DNA of 64,000 bases from a virus, in the IMG/VR virus record IMGVR_UViG_3300030117_005808, positions 32,001-96,000 of that record; one strand, given 5' to 3'. Positions 23,301 to 31,268 of this stretch are shown in pieces. The notes below the pieces were generated by a model. That model was not told the DNA's origin. It did not search any database and saw only the letters and a list, made by a program, of their open reading frames with translations. The first letter of the stretch is position 1. Each line of letters opens with the position of its first letter. Both the position numbers and the translations under genes were made by a program.

Positions 23301-23919
23301 ACAAGGAGATATATTTGACGATTATGCTGGCAAAAGTATTAAGAGACAAGCTGAGTTAATGGAGAAATATGTTTTTCCACCTACTTTTGATTTTGTTCAA
23401 AATATTTCTGTGGACCCAATAGCTATGTATATTTTTGAATTCTCACATAAGTTTACACAAGATGATTTATCTCACATGTGGCAGAACCTATCGCCAAAAG
23501 TTGGCACCCAAGCAGAAAATGCCATGGCAACAGTCTCTCATCCGCTCTTAGCTAATCAGCTTTTAAACTTTGATTTTGCAGAAGCACAGGATGCTTTTGA
23601 AGAATCCCGTAAGCCAGCAAAGGCCGAGTTCCCAGAAAATCTCCAGTGGATGGTTTTTAAAGTTAAGCAAAGAGCAAAAACAAATTATTATGAACAGATT
23701 GCTAGCACTGAATCTGCCGTAATTCCATTTTACACTCAAAATTGGCCGTATGACTTCTTTTCTCTTATTGAGGTAGCTGAGATTGATGCTGAAGTTAATC
23801 TTAAGCCTACACAAAATAATTTAGATATGAAGACTCAACAACGCACCGCTGCTCAAGAAGCCCTGAATGAAGTGACAAGCAGGCAACAGCCGCTAGATAT
23901 CGGACCAGCGGAGGACTAA
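14362..23919 (+). CDS. Giant (3185 aa) baseplate wedge protein, gp7-like, with LamG/concanavalin-like domains
   Basis: YLYKSKGTEKAFRNLIRCYG is a gp7/gpI-type wedge motif; YDEFRYWKAERTEKEI...LGVYYKFNEG is a LamG-like end; follows gp6. Confidence 0.65.
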   Translation: MSIKKLFDSNKTNDILVSTNLEEEVVKNVPELESADNVREQIERINRFIPQVDYSDPANFAVYGSAERYYRDSFHRIATQYPYDGSEEEITRYDNESNYLDLHILENEYPRTLGHVRFPSNNLGPNATANQFGQNTHAANITFFGGPNAIAGGMTTGSFHLQFTGSNYYDTDIYQTDGTLALDRVGSRESNLTYNLPSKGLTVEFWQGTEGNLIGGTGAFGRQARHALFDLWNGEASSSAQYGRLTVYASGSTTAFKGIYLNAYSGTVGIQELKLLDPAVAAQIPPQYVDTSSPTPGHLAFAFSSGSTLGLTVKTYINGVLTTTTGSSIALNEVTGALRGRIGALLTNPSGTSIGTDMDGYGTSIRSAYDEFRYWKAERTEKEIQQNYWTQVRGGTNNEIANAELGVYYKFNEGITGDATTDATVLDYSGRITNGTITNYGTDATSTLVRNAHPAPARSSLIVAAGAATSEFKDPIIYASHPDVVSALDRLVASGSVHDFENQASIKDSIPSWIIEEDETSGGEELGKLTQILGSYMDTLNLQIQSLPTLADNTYLSGSDKPTPFMKNLLSSRGLAVPEIFVDADLLQRFANRSDTESYTLDINDTKNLIYKNIYNNLTYLYKSKGTEKAFRNLIRCYGIGEDVIRFNAYASNQTFDIQETRQDRVIRKNYVDFNHPDRFDGVVYQRGNSIVPEADGISFFSASSPDAAFAQTAELEVIFPRKFEFANSQYFDTPFVTASLYGKASASADPASFDASFSNNPANAPWLVAYAVRTHQNSKDAYFVLDSNLFTNPLTSDIYSNIYDNQKWNLAIRVNSKAWPYAASSSVNGALDDQDISFIGYNVENGVVKNSFVLTTSSVSSNLGPSLPYRYFVGSQITNYTGAVDHRTDVLASSLRVYTTYLDDDVIKSHALDPENYGTRNPSRNFLFYNDSGPQLASVVGGIKNSIPESVSLALNWDYSQVTTTDPNGRFIVQDASSGSTGLTSRYPQENVLTNVNKQFAGRGQFGASAYSSTDVISKQFVQSAQQRLPEVVNTNDDVNVLSRDDELYPRDASISQTYYTFEKSMYGIVSQEMINMFSSIVEFNNLIGEVVHKYRGEYKSLRLLRELFFEKIQNNPDLDKFIDYYKWIDSSLNIFLQQFVPASADVSDEIRTVVEDYVLNRSKYQHKYPQLDYKGNARFGGDEAKLEGRVKGIRELEYNWQFGHAPTTNSQTEHSTWWKERAERNNTAFNTAALIDTAREDILNIIQLFNSASAPSLNDGTGASGVYEGSTYATRRFTRQYKLDAAIVPDIGGGYNYPRGHKPDAIYSIVYDRPVDVSGLTNEEAIQFEKQATFTLPSEELRPVTKQEKRRVSAINPNGVYSSNLGPQTPGGGSKLVAPFIAFSSSVSPAGGYGTQWQEYNRRPDVSKEELAGYHNDSYGDDYEVPMQGPFTNQHVGGNRHRHTDLNQGSDNLKTRAEAWLVAGAGNDGIFAPAKTAFANPPAPLNPTVPGSSPNYRRDQTAKRPVNIKNIKHRTGSLGTIAMGNYSASYEIVQTTGRTQNNSAFVKSEGIRDNFTISVAGADEVGYIDHVTDYAKPTRRRAAHVIVNRFSAPGGPETAGDSQGGPGLDFEAAEFSPYNNLNYRNTTVRDPLRTLLTDHTAFGGIESGSAVSALNYTDVTASYHKVNRNPLHRLEGYDNGQETAVTGTVFDNYFVQHMIPRSDFQYSWITASTDRFNAALGAANNIYGYFPYDGLARVSSSANGFRYEAAVNFASASEVGSGNPLGVQQATRQIRLITSALMQDASFVPTDFAGINSNVIEPISASEFTIGYPLDADPMNYYNYGPFGQVPAFGSAHRGGFITRINSNVAANFNAYFTMLMAHRGGNVGHPTWKQIRVGETQLARHYRKNNLYTNTYEPVIASSVADLSGTRQKISSTTESVILTQSVVTDRYFPVVFEVEARDDEQNSKVLKSSNFVIRTSFVNDTITFDDATIVNRLLDENVISNAARKSSYKQIIDDFSIYDSFLDEQKPILQINSLKYRETVFPPQLHAYTSKIRGRTNYENDFWRDSRTDRTAKGALKKAKNSQGTAVLQSAWSLDGLESNTNSNIATGLIGYPTGGINANNATGYKPGELQNLYTHFVRAPDGRDVNSELRNQLRTGALYSRKHLMPFTSSVVGMSGMRKQIGIEPFVYGGTSYLLLTSSIGAGEAFWDAGNLAGKYEGTSSIFVTTPAKPFYDDYDQYFADIKNKNRGKAILPEFRITEHLDFYENEGNNFLVENEKLFSFAGTPSGSSLPQNSSEADFFSIYTNSDFMKYFEVVREDGAKEGGILEPTAVKLRCRGIKKFIPYDGFYPAERTIQLANAFSASIAPTTGLTGDDAAKQVAFRSMLKPFFAPGIVYNTIKSGVAVDYPIMTGSFNRANLINSAANAGIRFCTTASAGIFSNSRAVSVTPSGDGSGFGTVSHNDGWDYRVPFEAVVDPAKYVYAKNIVDDEPSAYANIHSTASWATSLATNKYKYMMHNFLASSLDFFIKDGKPTEIISAPESEFKSVTPGQPYGLRIKMFKSYETGSQNPTSGDWGDFSVPQFVSGSLSNFTMYSRPSAFGPPVLAGSGSSTLAQQKYVVTGSREMTPARGRYLSHTPPYYDGESWIDLIYYPYKSFDTGSGGLLIENNQTKVVRIDELHNLALSEFNTGSAILQIEDYEGTRFGGEGTYVVRWRFDQEALRVDRPDLSSYHDIGKDIGPMGGPWANRWAMQLDASLNIFTKLRGAGSLASEAVSADLAGLGATGATEPQDDRWRIQTKFETPMLNFQHVKTADITVNGTLGSLTQYQKAVNSVIPRGMWHQFGRIPKPDEGVYLQVTDIPDDFINNHPSSSIVFDPAGHFDSRNSASEAIKALADVNAGANIRDIIAKDLNGYRIPQNLQIPASAFSVATDRPPAPTTPPPLSLVDICGFPTDPVKIGELPEAKTVYEAVVAVPFVEKEGEREFFKIMSPKQGDIFDDYAGKSIKRQAELMEKYVFPPTFDFVQNISVDPIAMYIFEFSHKFTQDDLSHMWQNLSPKVGTQAENAMATVSHPLLANQLLNFDFAEAQDAFEESRKPAKAEFPENLQWMVFKVKQRAKTNYYEQIASTESAVIPFYTQNWPYDFFSLIEVAEIDAEVNLKPTQNNLDMKTQQRTAAQEALNEVTSRQQPLDIGPAED

Positions 23920-23922
23920 TAG

Positions 23923-24963
23923 ATGAAGTTTTTTAACCCAAAAGAGGAAGTGTTAGATATAAAGATGACCCAATATGGTCGCCATTTGCTTTCAAAAGGA
24001 GAGTGGAGACCAGAGTTTTATGCATTTTTTGATGATAATGTTCTTTATGATTCGCAGTACGCTGGCACCACCGAAAATAAAAATAGCACCGAGGGTAGGA
24101 TTCAAAACGAAACTCCGTTGCTAAGAACTCAACATACTTTTACCGGCCGCGACGAGTATCTATTTGACGGGGCTAACGATATCGTTGATAGAGTTAGACT
24201 AAGCACTTATGAAAAACTTAATGTTATGCCGATGTCCCTTGGCACTTCTGATTATGAGTCAACAAAAACTCCCGCCTTTCGAGCACAATTTTTAGCGGGG
24301 GAGATAAAAAGTTTAGAATATAATCTTACGGGGAGTTCTAGAACGGTGTCAGGAGTCTCGTCAACAGCCCATCAACTACAAAAAATACCCCAGTTAGAGT
24401 TTGATATTGAATATAAAATACAAATAATCGATCCAGAGTTCCCAGACGAAGAAGTGGTTCAATTTGAGGTAGACCCAGCATTAACACCGGGCACAACATA
24501 TAGCGACGGAAAGCAGGTTGTTGTCGGCCCAGAACAGATAATATTTACTCTTGAAGAACTAAATGCACCATTTGATTTTAAAAACTATGATATAGAGGTT
24601 TTTGAAATAACAGATGAATTTGGTGAGAGTGGAGAGCGAATATTAAATCCACTTAATTTTGTTAAACCTCTTGAGATGGTTGAGAACAATATATTGATAG
24701 ATAAAAGAGATGCCGAAATAAAGGCTGGAAGAGTAGCAGGTTCTATACCTGAAACTGATCCAACTTTTGTTAGTTACTTTTTTGATATCAATGTGGACGA
24801 CGAGATATCTGAAACCATTCTATGCAAGTCAGTAAGCGAACTTAAAGCCAAAGGCAAAAGCCTATATACAGATATTGATATTAATTGTCCCGATCTCTCA
24901 ATTCCTGTGCGTCAAAATATTTACGGATCCGACGCACTTGACGAAGATTGTTCAGATTATTAA
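23923..24963 (+). CDS. Baseplate structural protein; N-terminus paralogous to 31269..32198
   Basis: DIKMTQYGRHLLSKG...YAFFDDNVLY matches DAVLTDTGRMRLARG...FALGDDEINY. Confidence 0.55.
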   Translation: MKFFNPKEEVLDIKMTQYGRHLLSKGEWRPEFYAFFDDNVLYDSQYAGTTENKNSTEGRIQNETPLLRTQHTFTGRDEYLFDGANDIVDRVRLSTYEKLNVMPMSLGTSDYESTKTPAFRAQFLAGEIKSLEYNLTGSSRTVSGVSSTAHQLQKIPQLEFDIEYKIQIIDPEFPDEEVVQFEVDPALTPGTTYSDGKQVVVGPEQIIFTLEELNAPFDFKNYDIEVFEITDEFGESGERILNPLNFVKPLEMVENNILIDKRDAEIKAGRVAGSIPETDPTFVSYFFDINVDDEISETILCKSVSELKAKGKSLYTDIDINCPDLSIPVRQNIYGSDALDEDCSDY

Positions 24964-24969
24964 TGGAAA

Positions 24970-24977
24970 ACTACTTA
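24970..24977 (+). promoter_or_regulatory. Putative late promoter variant ACTACTTA
   Basis: One mismatch, intergenic, 20 nt before ATG 24998. Confidence 0.55.
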
Positions 24978-24997
24978 GATATGTGAGGTTCTAGTTT

Positions 24998-27900
24998 ATG
25001 CGAATACAAGTCGATTTTCCAAGTATTTTTAATACGGCGCTTCCAAAAGTTTATATTAAAAGGGTGTCGTTGATGCCTACTGTTGAGGTAGGTAATAGAA
25101 ATGGGGTGTCCTATGATCTAGAGGCTAACGATGGCCTCCGGACCAACAAATATGGAAAGAAAAAACCAAAAAGAACTTCTCCAAGATTTAACGCATCCGG
25201 CGAAAAAGGTAAAGCCCTAGAGGTAAAAACCGAGGTTACTATAAAAGAACGCATAAAAGAAGATGGTGACACAACTTGGTATGGCAATGACGAGTTTAGG
25301 AAGTTTTTAAAACTAAAAGTTGTGTTAGCAAAAAATAGAGGCGCCATAGAAGACCTTGAAGACGGCCGCTTTACACCTAGATTCTTGAGACGCCTCAAGG
25401 CGCGGAACTTTGTGATGGAAAAAATCATCACATTAAGAAAAGATAATACATCAATATTAAAACAAAAAATTGAAATAATAGATGGTAGAGAAGTTTATTG
25501 TACGACGTATGAAGTAAGTTTTGTCATTCCTAATTACAGGCCCCGGAACATGTCAGTTTTTGCTGCGACTTTTGTTGATCTTAGAGAATATTACTCATAT
25601 AAATCACCGGGCACAAAATCTTCTCGACGTTTTTTGCAAGGCACTGCTGTGTCGCAAAAAATAATCAAAGCTGGCGATGTGATAACGGACGCAAACATTT
25701 ATTTACTTCCTAACAATAAGCTTTGGGCCGGCCCTATACACTATCATGAAGGCACTGGGTACATGGCCGGCGCATTTCATTCGGCCAAACCTCACAGCAC
25801 TCTTCAGCAGAGAAAAGTTCCTAATTTGGTCATCCGAGATTTTAGAATACTTGACACGGTGAGGAAGGCAAACTTTTTGCTACGTCCTGAAAGAAAAACT
25901 AGAAACAAAAAACTCGAAAATAAAAGGGCACAAGGAAATAGAAATATTACAAAAAATCTATACATATCTGAGCCCGACTATGCATTTGATGAAAAAAACG
26001 AACTTAGATTTATTTTTCATCTTGATATGCATAAATTAATAGCAGAAAAGTCCCAGTTTGGGGCTTTGTTTCGTCAAGCCGACGCAGCCGCGCAAAAACA
26101 AATTATGACGGACACAAAAATAAAAAACTTAGTTATTTTACGACGACGCGTAAGAGAGGGGTTATCTGATAAAGATATTATCATTGTTGATAACGCTGAT
26201 CAAGATGAGACTGTGGCACAAAGCAGCGATGGTAAACGAAACCGGTTGAGGCCGCGAAGAACCACAAGACCCCTAAATCCTCAGTTGGTAGACTCAGAAA
26301 AAATATTAGTTGGCGGAATAAGAGAGGTAAAACTGGATGTTCCCGGCGCCGTAGGCATTAGAACTTTTACAGTTTCTGATTTTGGAATGTCAAGCAAAAC
26401 TGACGGTATATTTTCATATAGTGTCGATTTTGATATACAAGATGGTACAATAACGTTTGTAAATGACCAGAAGAAAAAATTATCACAAGCTATTAATGCT
26501 TTGACAGAATATTATGATGTTGCGAAAAGGCCTGAAAATACAAATATCGCAACTGGCCTATTTACTGATGAATTTATTAAAATGATGGAAGAGCAGTATA
26601 GTATACCAGAGTTTGCATCAGTTAACATACCTAACCGCCGCCGGCGGCGCCGCATAGTTCAGTCGAGTATCGCAAAGGCGCCATGGCTAAATGCAATAGC
26701 AGTTTATACTGATGTTATGAAAAACTTAACAAATGTTCAAACAAATGACATAACACGCGCAGCTTTTCTCCTACATAGCTTAGTGGAGCCATCAAGCGGC
26801 ACAGTGGGAGGGATTGAAATACTGATGTCAACGTTGCAGGCCACTCAAAGCAAGATATCTACATCCGTTATAGGCGGAAAAAATAGATCTGGTTCTCCAA
26901 CACCTAACACAAATATGCAAATGGAGGACGAGGTTGATTACAATGCCAAAACTCCTGCCTTCAAAGGCAAAGCACCAAAATCAGAAATTCGACTTAAAAA
27001 GCATTTTAAAACAGTTCACGACAGTAACATACAAAATTCTGTTGGATACGATTTTCTCAACTTACGTCGTTCAAAAAACTTAGGTTTAAGAGTGCTCACT
27101 ACTGAGCAGTTATCTCAAAGATTGTCATTAGAAAATCAGAAGTATTATAGTAGAAATATAACTGACGAGGCACCGGACGATGTAGCCGACAATACCACTC
27201 CAGAAGATTTTACTAGATTCATTAATTTAGAGGATGCATATTATTCATATTTGACGCCTGCTAGGGTATTATATGGAAATAAAAGGCTTAAACTAATTAA
27301 TCGCGGCCGTCGCTTGTGGAATGTAAAACAATATCAGTCATTTATTTCGAACATAGAAAATTCAACACGAACAAGAGGCGGTCTTGCGTCCAAGGGTGGC
27401 CCTGCCGGCAGAACTCCAAGAACAAGCCCATACATGCCGTCATTCCCAGTATTAGATTACGGTTCAGACTATGATAGAGGAAGAGCAAAAGTACGCGCCG
27501 AACAATATGAAGTAAATTCTATTAATAGTGTTGTGGTAGCGAAGTATGGTGTTTCAATGTCTACAAAAAAAACCGAGAAACAGTTTGTTAGGTCAGAAAA
27601 CAAACTAAATGGCATTGATTTGGAGGAGGCTGGAATCCTGACATCAAATCAATATCTGGGCGAAAGTTCTACTTTTGTATCAGGTGGGTTGAATGTTTTG
27701 GAAAATGTCTTAGAGAAAATTGACGATTCGCAGCAAAAAGATTTTTCTTCAGTTTCAAATATATTTATTGGCGCCTCAAGAAAAGCGAAAAAGGATAAGC
27801 TTGCTGCAAAATCAAGCCTTACAATTAAATCTTTTAGGCCCTCAGATGAAAATAACGTTATGGATCAAGAACTAGAAAAATACAATGATATGGAAAACCC

Positions 27901-28768
27901 AAACAGCAAAAAACAAAGGTTTATTTCTAGAATTCCAAATCAGATAAAATCTATTTTCTTAGGAGATGATCCAAGAGTTAATAAGAATTGGTTTACTTTT
28001 TTAGAGGACAAAGGTCTTGATGTATCCAGTTCCTCTAGATATACGGGATTATATTATTTTAACTACAACCATATAAACCAAATAGAAGTGTTAGTTGGTT
28101 TTAAAGAGGACAGGGATGGAAACGCACAAGTTTCTTCCCCATTATATAGGCTTATGACGAGAGAGGAATTTGATAAGATATCAAATTCAAATAGGCCGTA
28201 TGTGTGCCGCATGCGTACCGCCAAGGTACCCTTTTTCAGCAAAAGTAGGAAACTTAATTTGCCAGAATACAATGAAACTTTTATTGTAGTGTCTAGAGCA
28301 AGTCAAGAAGATTTAACCGCTGATGCAGAGATGATAGAACTGCAAGACGAAGCAGCAGAAGATTTTGATTTTGAAACAGAGCAAGAGTCTATATTTGTAA
28401 GCCGCTTAACGGAATATGAAGACCTGAATACAACTGGTAGGAGAATACTTCGTAGGCTTATTCGAAGAAACACACGTTTAGGAGGATTAATGCCAGAGTT
28501 TACATCTACGGCTTTTGTGCAACAACCAGAACGCATTTCAAGAACCGGAGCAACGTTTGGGGTTGACACAGAACAACAACGTGGTCAGAACGTGTCTAAC
28601 GTCACTAGCGAGGCTATTACAACCAGCCGACGCGTCCGGACCCCACGGGCCGCTCCCACTCAGGCACAAGCCCAGACAACAACAGCCGCAAGGAGAACTA
28701 GCACAATGCCTCCACGCCCACGCGTTACAACTTCGACGCCTTCTGGCGGCGGGGGAGGAGGCTACTAA
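24998..28768 (+). CDS. Large (1256 aa) basic virion-associated protein with a His motif and a Gly-rich Tyr-ended tail
   Basis: Long ORF after a late-promoter variant; GPIHYH...GAFH...PH motif; ends SGGGGGGY. Confidence 0.55.
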   Translation: MRIQVDFPSIFNTALPKVYIKRVSLMPTVEVGNRNGVSYDLEANDGLRTNKYGKKKPKRTSPRFNASGEKGKALEVKTEVTIKERIKEDGDTTWYGNDEFRKFLKLKVVLAKNRGAIEDLEDGRFTPRFLRRLKARNFVMEKIITLRKDNTSILKQKIEIIDGREVYCTTYEVSFVIPNYRPRNMSVFAATFVDLREYYSYKSPGTKSSRRFLQGTAVSQKIIKAGDVITDANIYLLPNNKLWAGPIHYHEGTGYMAGAFHSAKPHSTLQQRKVPNLVIRDFRILDTVRKANFLLRPERKTRNKKLENKRAQGNRNITKNLYISEPDYAFDEKNELRFIFHLDMHKLIAEKSQFGALFRQADAAAQKQIMTDTKIKNLVILRRRVREGLSDKDIIIVDNADQDETVAQSSDGKRNRLRPRRTTRPLNPQLVDSEKILVGGIREVKLDVPGAVGIRTFTVSDFGMSSKTDGIFSYSVDFDIQDGTITFVNDQKKKLSQAINALTEYYDVAKRPENTNIATGLFTDEFIKMMEEQYSIPEFASVNIPNRRRRRRIVQSSIAKAPWLNAIAVYTDVMKNLTNVQTNDITRAAFLLHSLVEPSSGTVGGIEILMSTLQATQSKISTSVIGGKNRSGSPTPNTNMQMEDEVDYNAKTPAFKGKAPKSEIRLKKHFKTVHDSNIQNSVGYDFLNLRRSKNLGLRVLTTEQLSQRLSLENQKYYSRNITDEAPDDVADNTTPEDFTRFINLEDAYYSYLTPARVLYGNKRLKLINRGRRLWNVKQYQSFISNIENSTRTRGGLASKGGPAGRTPRTSPYMPSFPVLDYGSDYDRGRAKVRAEQYEVNSINSVVVAKYGVSMSTKKTEKQFVRSENKLNGIDLEEAGILTSNQYLGESSTFVSGGLNVLENVLEKIDDSQQKDFSSVSNIFIGASRKAKKDKLAAKSSLTIKSFRPSDENNVMDQELEKYNDMENPNSKKQRFISRIPNQIKSIFLGDDPRVNKNWFTFLEDKGLDVSSSSRYTGLYYFNYNHINQIEVLVGFKEDRDGNAQVSSPLYRLMTREEFDKISNSNRPYVCRMRTAKVPFFSKSRKLNLPEYNETFIVVSRASQEDLTADAEMIELQDEAAEDFDFETEQESIFVSRLTEYEDLNTTGRRILRRLIRRNTRLGGLMPEFTSTAFVQQPERISRTGATFGVDTEQQRGQNVSNVTSEAITTSRRVRTPRAAPTQAQAQTTTAARRTSTMPPRPRVTTSTPSGGGGGGY

Positions 28769-31209
28769 TGGCCAAAAAAACTACAAGATTAGCAAATCCA
28801 AGTGTTATGAATGCTCAAGATAGGTTTCGCCTGTTGTTTGGCAGGTGGACACAAAACACAGACGGAATAAGCTTTTCAGTTTTAGAAAATGATAACACGG
28901 TTCAGCTTGATAAAATATTTGATCCCGTCCCACTAGAACCAGATCTTGCTACCGGTAATGTGTCGTTAACTGATGGCACGGAAAGTTTTACGGACGCTAT
29001 AACAAGTACAAGTGACGAGAACACATCTCTCTTCCGTCCCACTGAAGAGATAGAGAGGCCACTCGGCTCGGTAAGCGATAGAACAGGAAACCCAATCCCA
29101 TTTAATCCATATCCAACATTAGTGCCTACACATGTGCAAACAGTAAGATTGTTAGATACTAGGGATAAGAACACCACTACTCATCAATCTTGGGTGGATA
29201 TTGTTAACAATTTGTTTGATCCCACCATAGTGTACGAAGATTATGTAACTTCTTTCGATGCGCCTGCTACAAAAGAGGAAATGCTAAACATAGAAGGTAG
29301 TCCTGTATCTGCACCAGCTACAATTGATTATGTATACAATTTTAGCGACATTCCTTATGAGAGGGTCGCGGCTAATGTCACAAACCATGTTGTCTTGCCG
29401 AACTTATACTCTATGCTAGATGAAAGCACAAAAATAGGGACAACACCAGTAACAGATGATACAGATATTAATGTTCTTAGATCCCCTACTGCTAGGCAAC
29501 TAAGGCGAAACATTAGAAATAGAAATCAAAGATTGGGCCTTCAAAACAAAATAGTGCCCATTGAAAATATGCCATTATTAGCTGACTATGAGGGCAGTAA
29601 GTATTTATTTCAAATGTATGTGAATATGAATATACCACTTGATAAGAATAAGAAATTTGCTGAGGTGATGAAAGACAGTACGATGGGGATCGCTTTAACA
29701 AGAGATGTTGAAGGGGTGCCAGATGTCGCATCACAGCTAAAATCTGAACCTTTTGTTTTTTCTACGCAAGTCATAGCAAAACGATCTGGAGTAGAGGAGA
29801 CTAACATCTCCGAAATACAAGTTAAAACATTAAATCTTTTAGATTGGACCCTAATAGATGCTCCCTCGTATGTCACCGAAACAGACACCCTGTATGAAGC
29901 TCCTTTTACTTTCAGCTTTGTCGGCGCCGACGCAGGATCATTCCAAGAGTTAGGCAATTTTAATTCTGTTTCTACTGCGATTGCAAATAACGATGCTTTT
30001 GCACTAGCATTAGAAAATTGCTACGATGGGCTAAAAGATCTTGCGGACAACAATCGACGAACATTCCAAGACTTGATAGGCGGCAAAGAGGCATATTCTG
30101 AAATGCTCATGTACAAGGTGGAAAAGAGGCTAGGACCAGTCCAGCCAGTTTTGCAAGATCCAATACAAACATTTCATTTTATGAACTCTGCTGAAGTCGA
30201 AGAATTTTTATCAAATGAAAATCAATTTAAGTTTGTTGATACACAGGTTAAGTATGGCACCGAATACATCTACACGGTGACCGGATACAGAGCAGTCATT
30301 GGAACTCGCTACCAGTATGGTAACCCAACCACAGTCTCGGACTCGTTTGAGAATCCAAATAATCGCACTGCGTCGGTACCCGTATTTACCACCCCGATGA
30401 TTAAGTTAGTAGAAGTGCCTCTTCTTTCTTCAACAGGTAGAATACTTGACAACCCACCTCTAAAACCAGAGGTAAGATTTTTTCCAGTTGTTGGCGATAG
30501 AAGTAGTATAAAAATGTTTTTCACCACATCCACAGGGATGAAAGATGTTGAGCCTATAGCGTTCTCTCAAGAAGAAGCTAGCGAGCACGCACAAATTGCC
30601 ATTAATCAAAACAGGAACGATGGTAAACTAACATTTAAAACCGATGACTCAGCCTCAGCTTTTGAGATATATAGAATATCGGAGCCTCCAGTCACTATTG
30701 ATGATTTTGCGGAACAGTTGTTTGCAACAGTCTTAACCAGTTCTCCAACTAGTGTTCCCCTGAATGGCTCATCAGCCACAGCTTTAGTATCACAAATTCC
30801 AAATCAAAAGTATTATTATGTATTCCGAACGGTGGACACGCACGGCCACAAATCAAATCCAAGTGCAGTTTTTGAAATAGAACTATATAATGATGGAGGG
30901 GCAGGATATCCAATCATAAGACATTATGATATGGCTTCACCTGATCCCACTACAACCACTAAATCAGCAAGGAAAATAATACAGATTATTCCAAGAATAT
31001 CTCAAGTATATTTAAATGAGGCAGCATCTGGCTTGTTAAATGAAGACGGTCAAACACAGCCCGCCGGCGGAAATAGGAATATTCAACTTGGAACCGAGGA
31101 CGAGCCTTTATTTGGCAAAAAATTTAAGGTGCGGATAACATCTAGATCAACCGGAAAAAAACTTGATTTAAATATTGATTTTAAGACAAAACAACTCAAG
31201 AGTTCATAG
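28768..31209 (+). CDS. Virion structural protein with FN3/Ig-like C-terminal domains
   Basis: FVDTQVKYGTEYIYTVTGY and PNQKYYYVFRTVDTHGHKSNPS resemble FN3 strand motifs. Confidence 0.55.
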   Translation: MAKKTTRLANPSVMNAQDRFRLLFGRWTQNTDGISFSVLENDNTVQLDKIFDPVPLEPDLATGNVSLTDGTESFTDAITSTSDENTSLFRPTEEIERPLGSVSDRTGNPIPFNPYPTLVPTHVQTVRLLDTRDKNTTTHQSWVDIVNNLFDPTIVYEDYVTSFDAPATKEEMLNIEGSPVSAPATIDYVYNFSDIPYERVAANVTNHVVLPNLYSMLDESTKIGTTPVTDDTDINVLRSPTARQLRRNIRNRNQRLGLQNKIVPIENMPLLADYEGSKYLFQMYVNMNIPLDKNKKFAEVMKDSTMGIALTRDVEGVPDVASQLKSEPFVFSTQVIAKRSGVEETNISEIQVKTLNLLDWTLIDAPSYVTETDTLYEAPFTFSFVGADAGSFQELGNFNSVSTAIANNDAFALALENCYDGLKDLADNNRRTFQDLIGGKEAYSEMLMYKVEKRLGPVQPVLQDPIQTFHFMNSAEVEEFLSNENQFKFVDTQVKYGTEYIYTVTGYRAVIGTRYQYGNPTTVSDSFENPNNRTASVPVFTTPMIKLVEVPLLSSTGRILDNPPLKPEVRFFPVVGDRSSIKMFFTTSTGMKDVEPIAFSQEEASEHAQIAINQNRNDGKLTFKTDDSASAFEIYRISEPPVTIDDFAEQLFATVLTSSPTSVPLNGSSATALVSQIPNQKYYYVFRTVDTHGHKSNPSAVFEIELYNDGGAGYPIIRHYDMASPDPTTTTKSARKIIQIIPRISQVYLNEAASGLLNEDGQTQPAGGNRNIQLGTEDEPLFGKKFKVRITSRSTGKKLDLNIDFKTKQLKSS

Positions 31210-31233
31210 AATAAGACAAAACCTTTTTAATAT

Positions 31234-31241
31234 ACTATTTA
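31234..31241 (+). promoter_or_regulatory. Putative late promoter ACTATTTA
   Basis: Exact motif, intergenic, before AGGAGAGG and ATG 31269. Confidence 0.72.
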
Positions 31242-31268
31242 TTATGATGCCTTTAGGAGAGGAAACGA

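Noticed and set aside
10471-24963. Similar C-termini NPYNDDGDLCD and NIYGSDALDEDCSDY in two baseplate-region proteins
   Set aside because: Too short and loose to distinguish from chance without homologue alignments.
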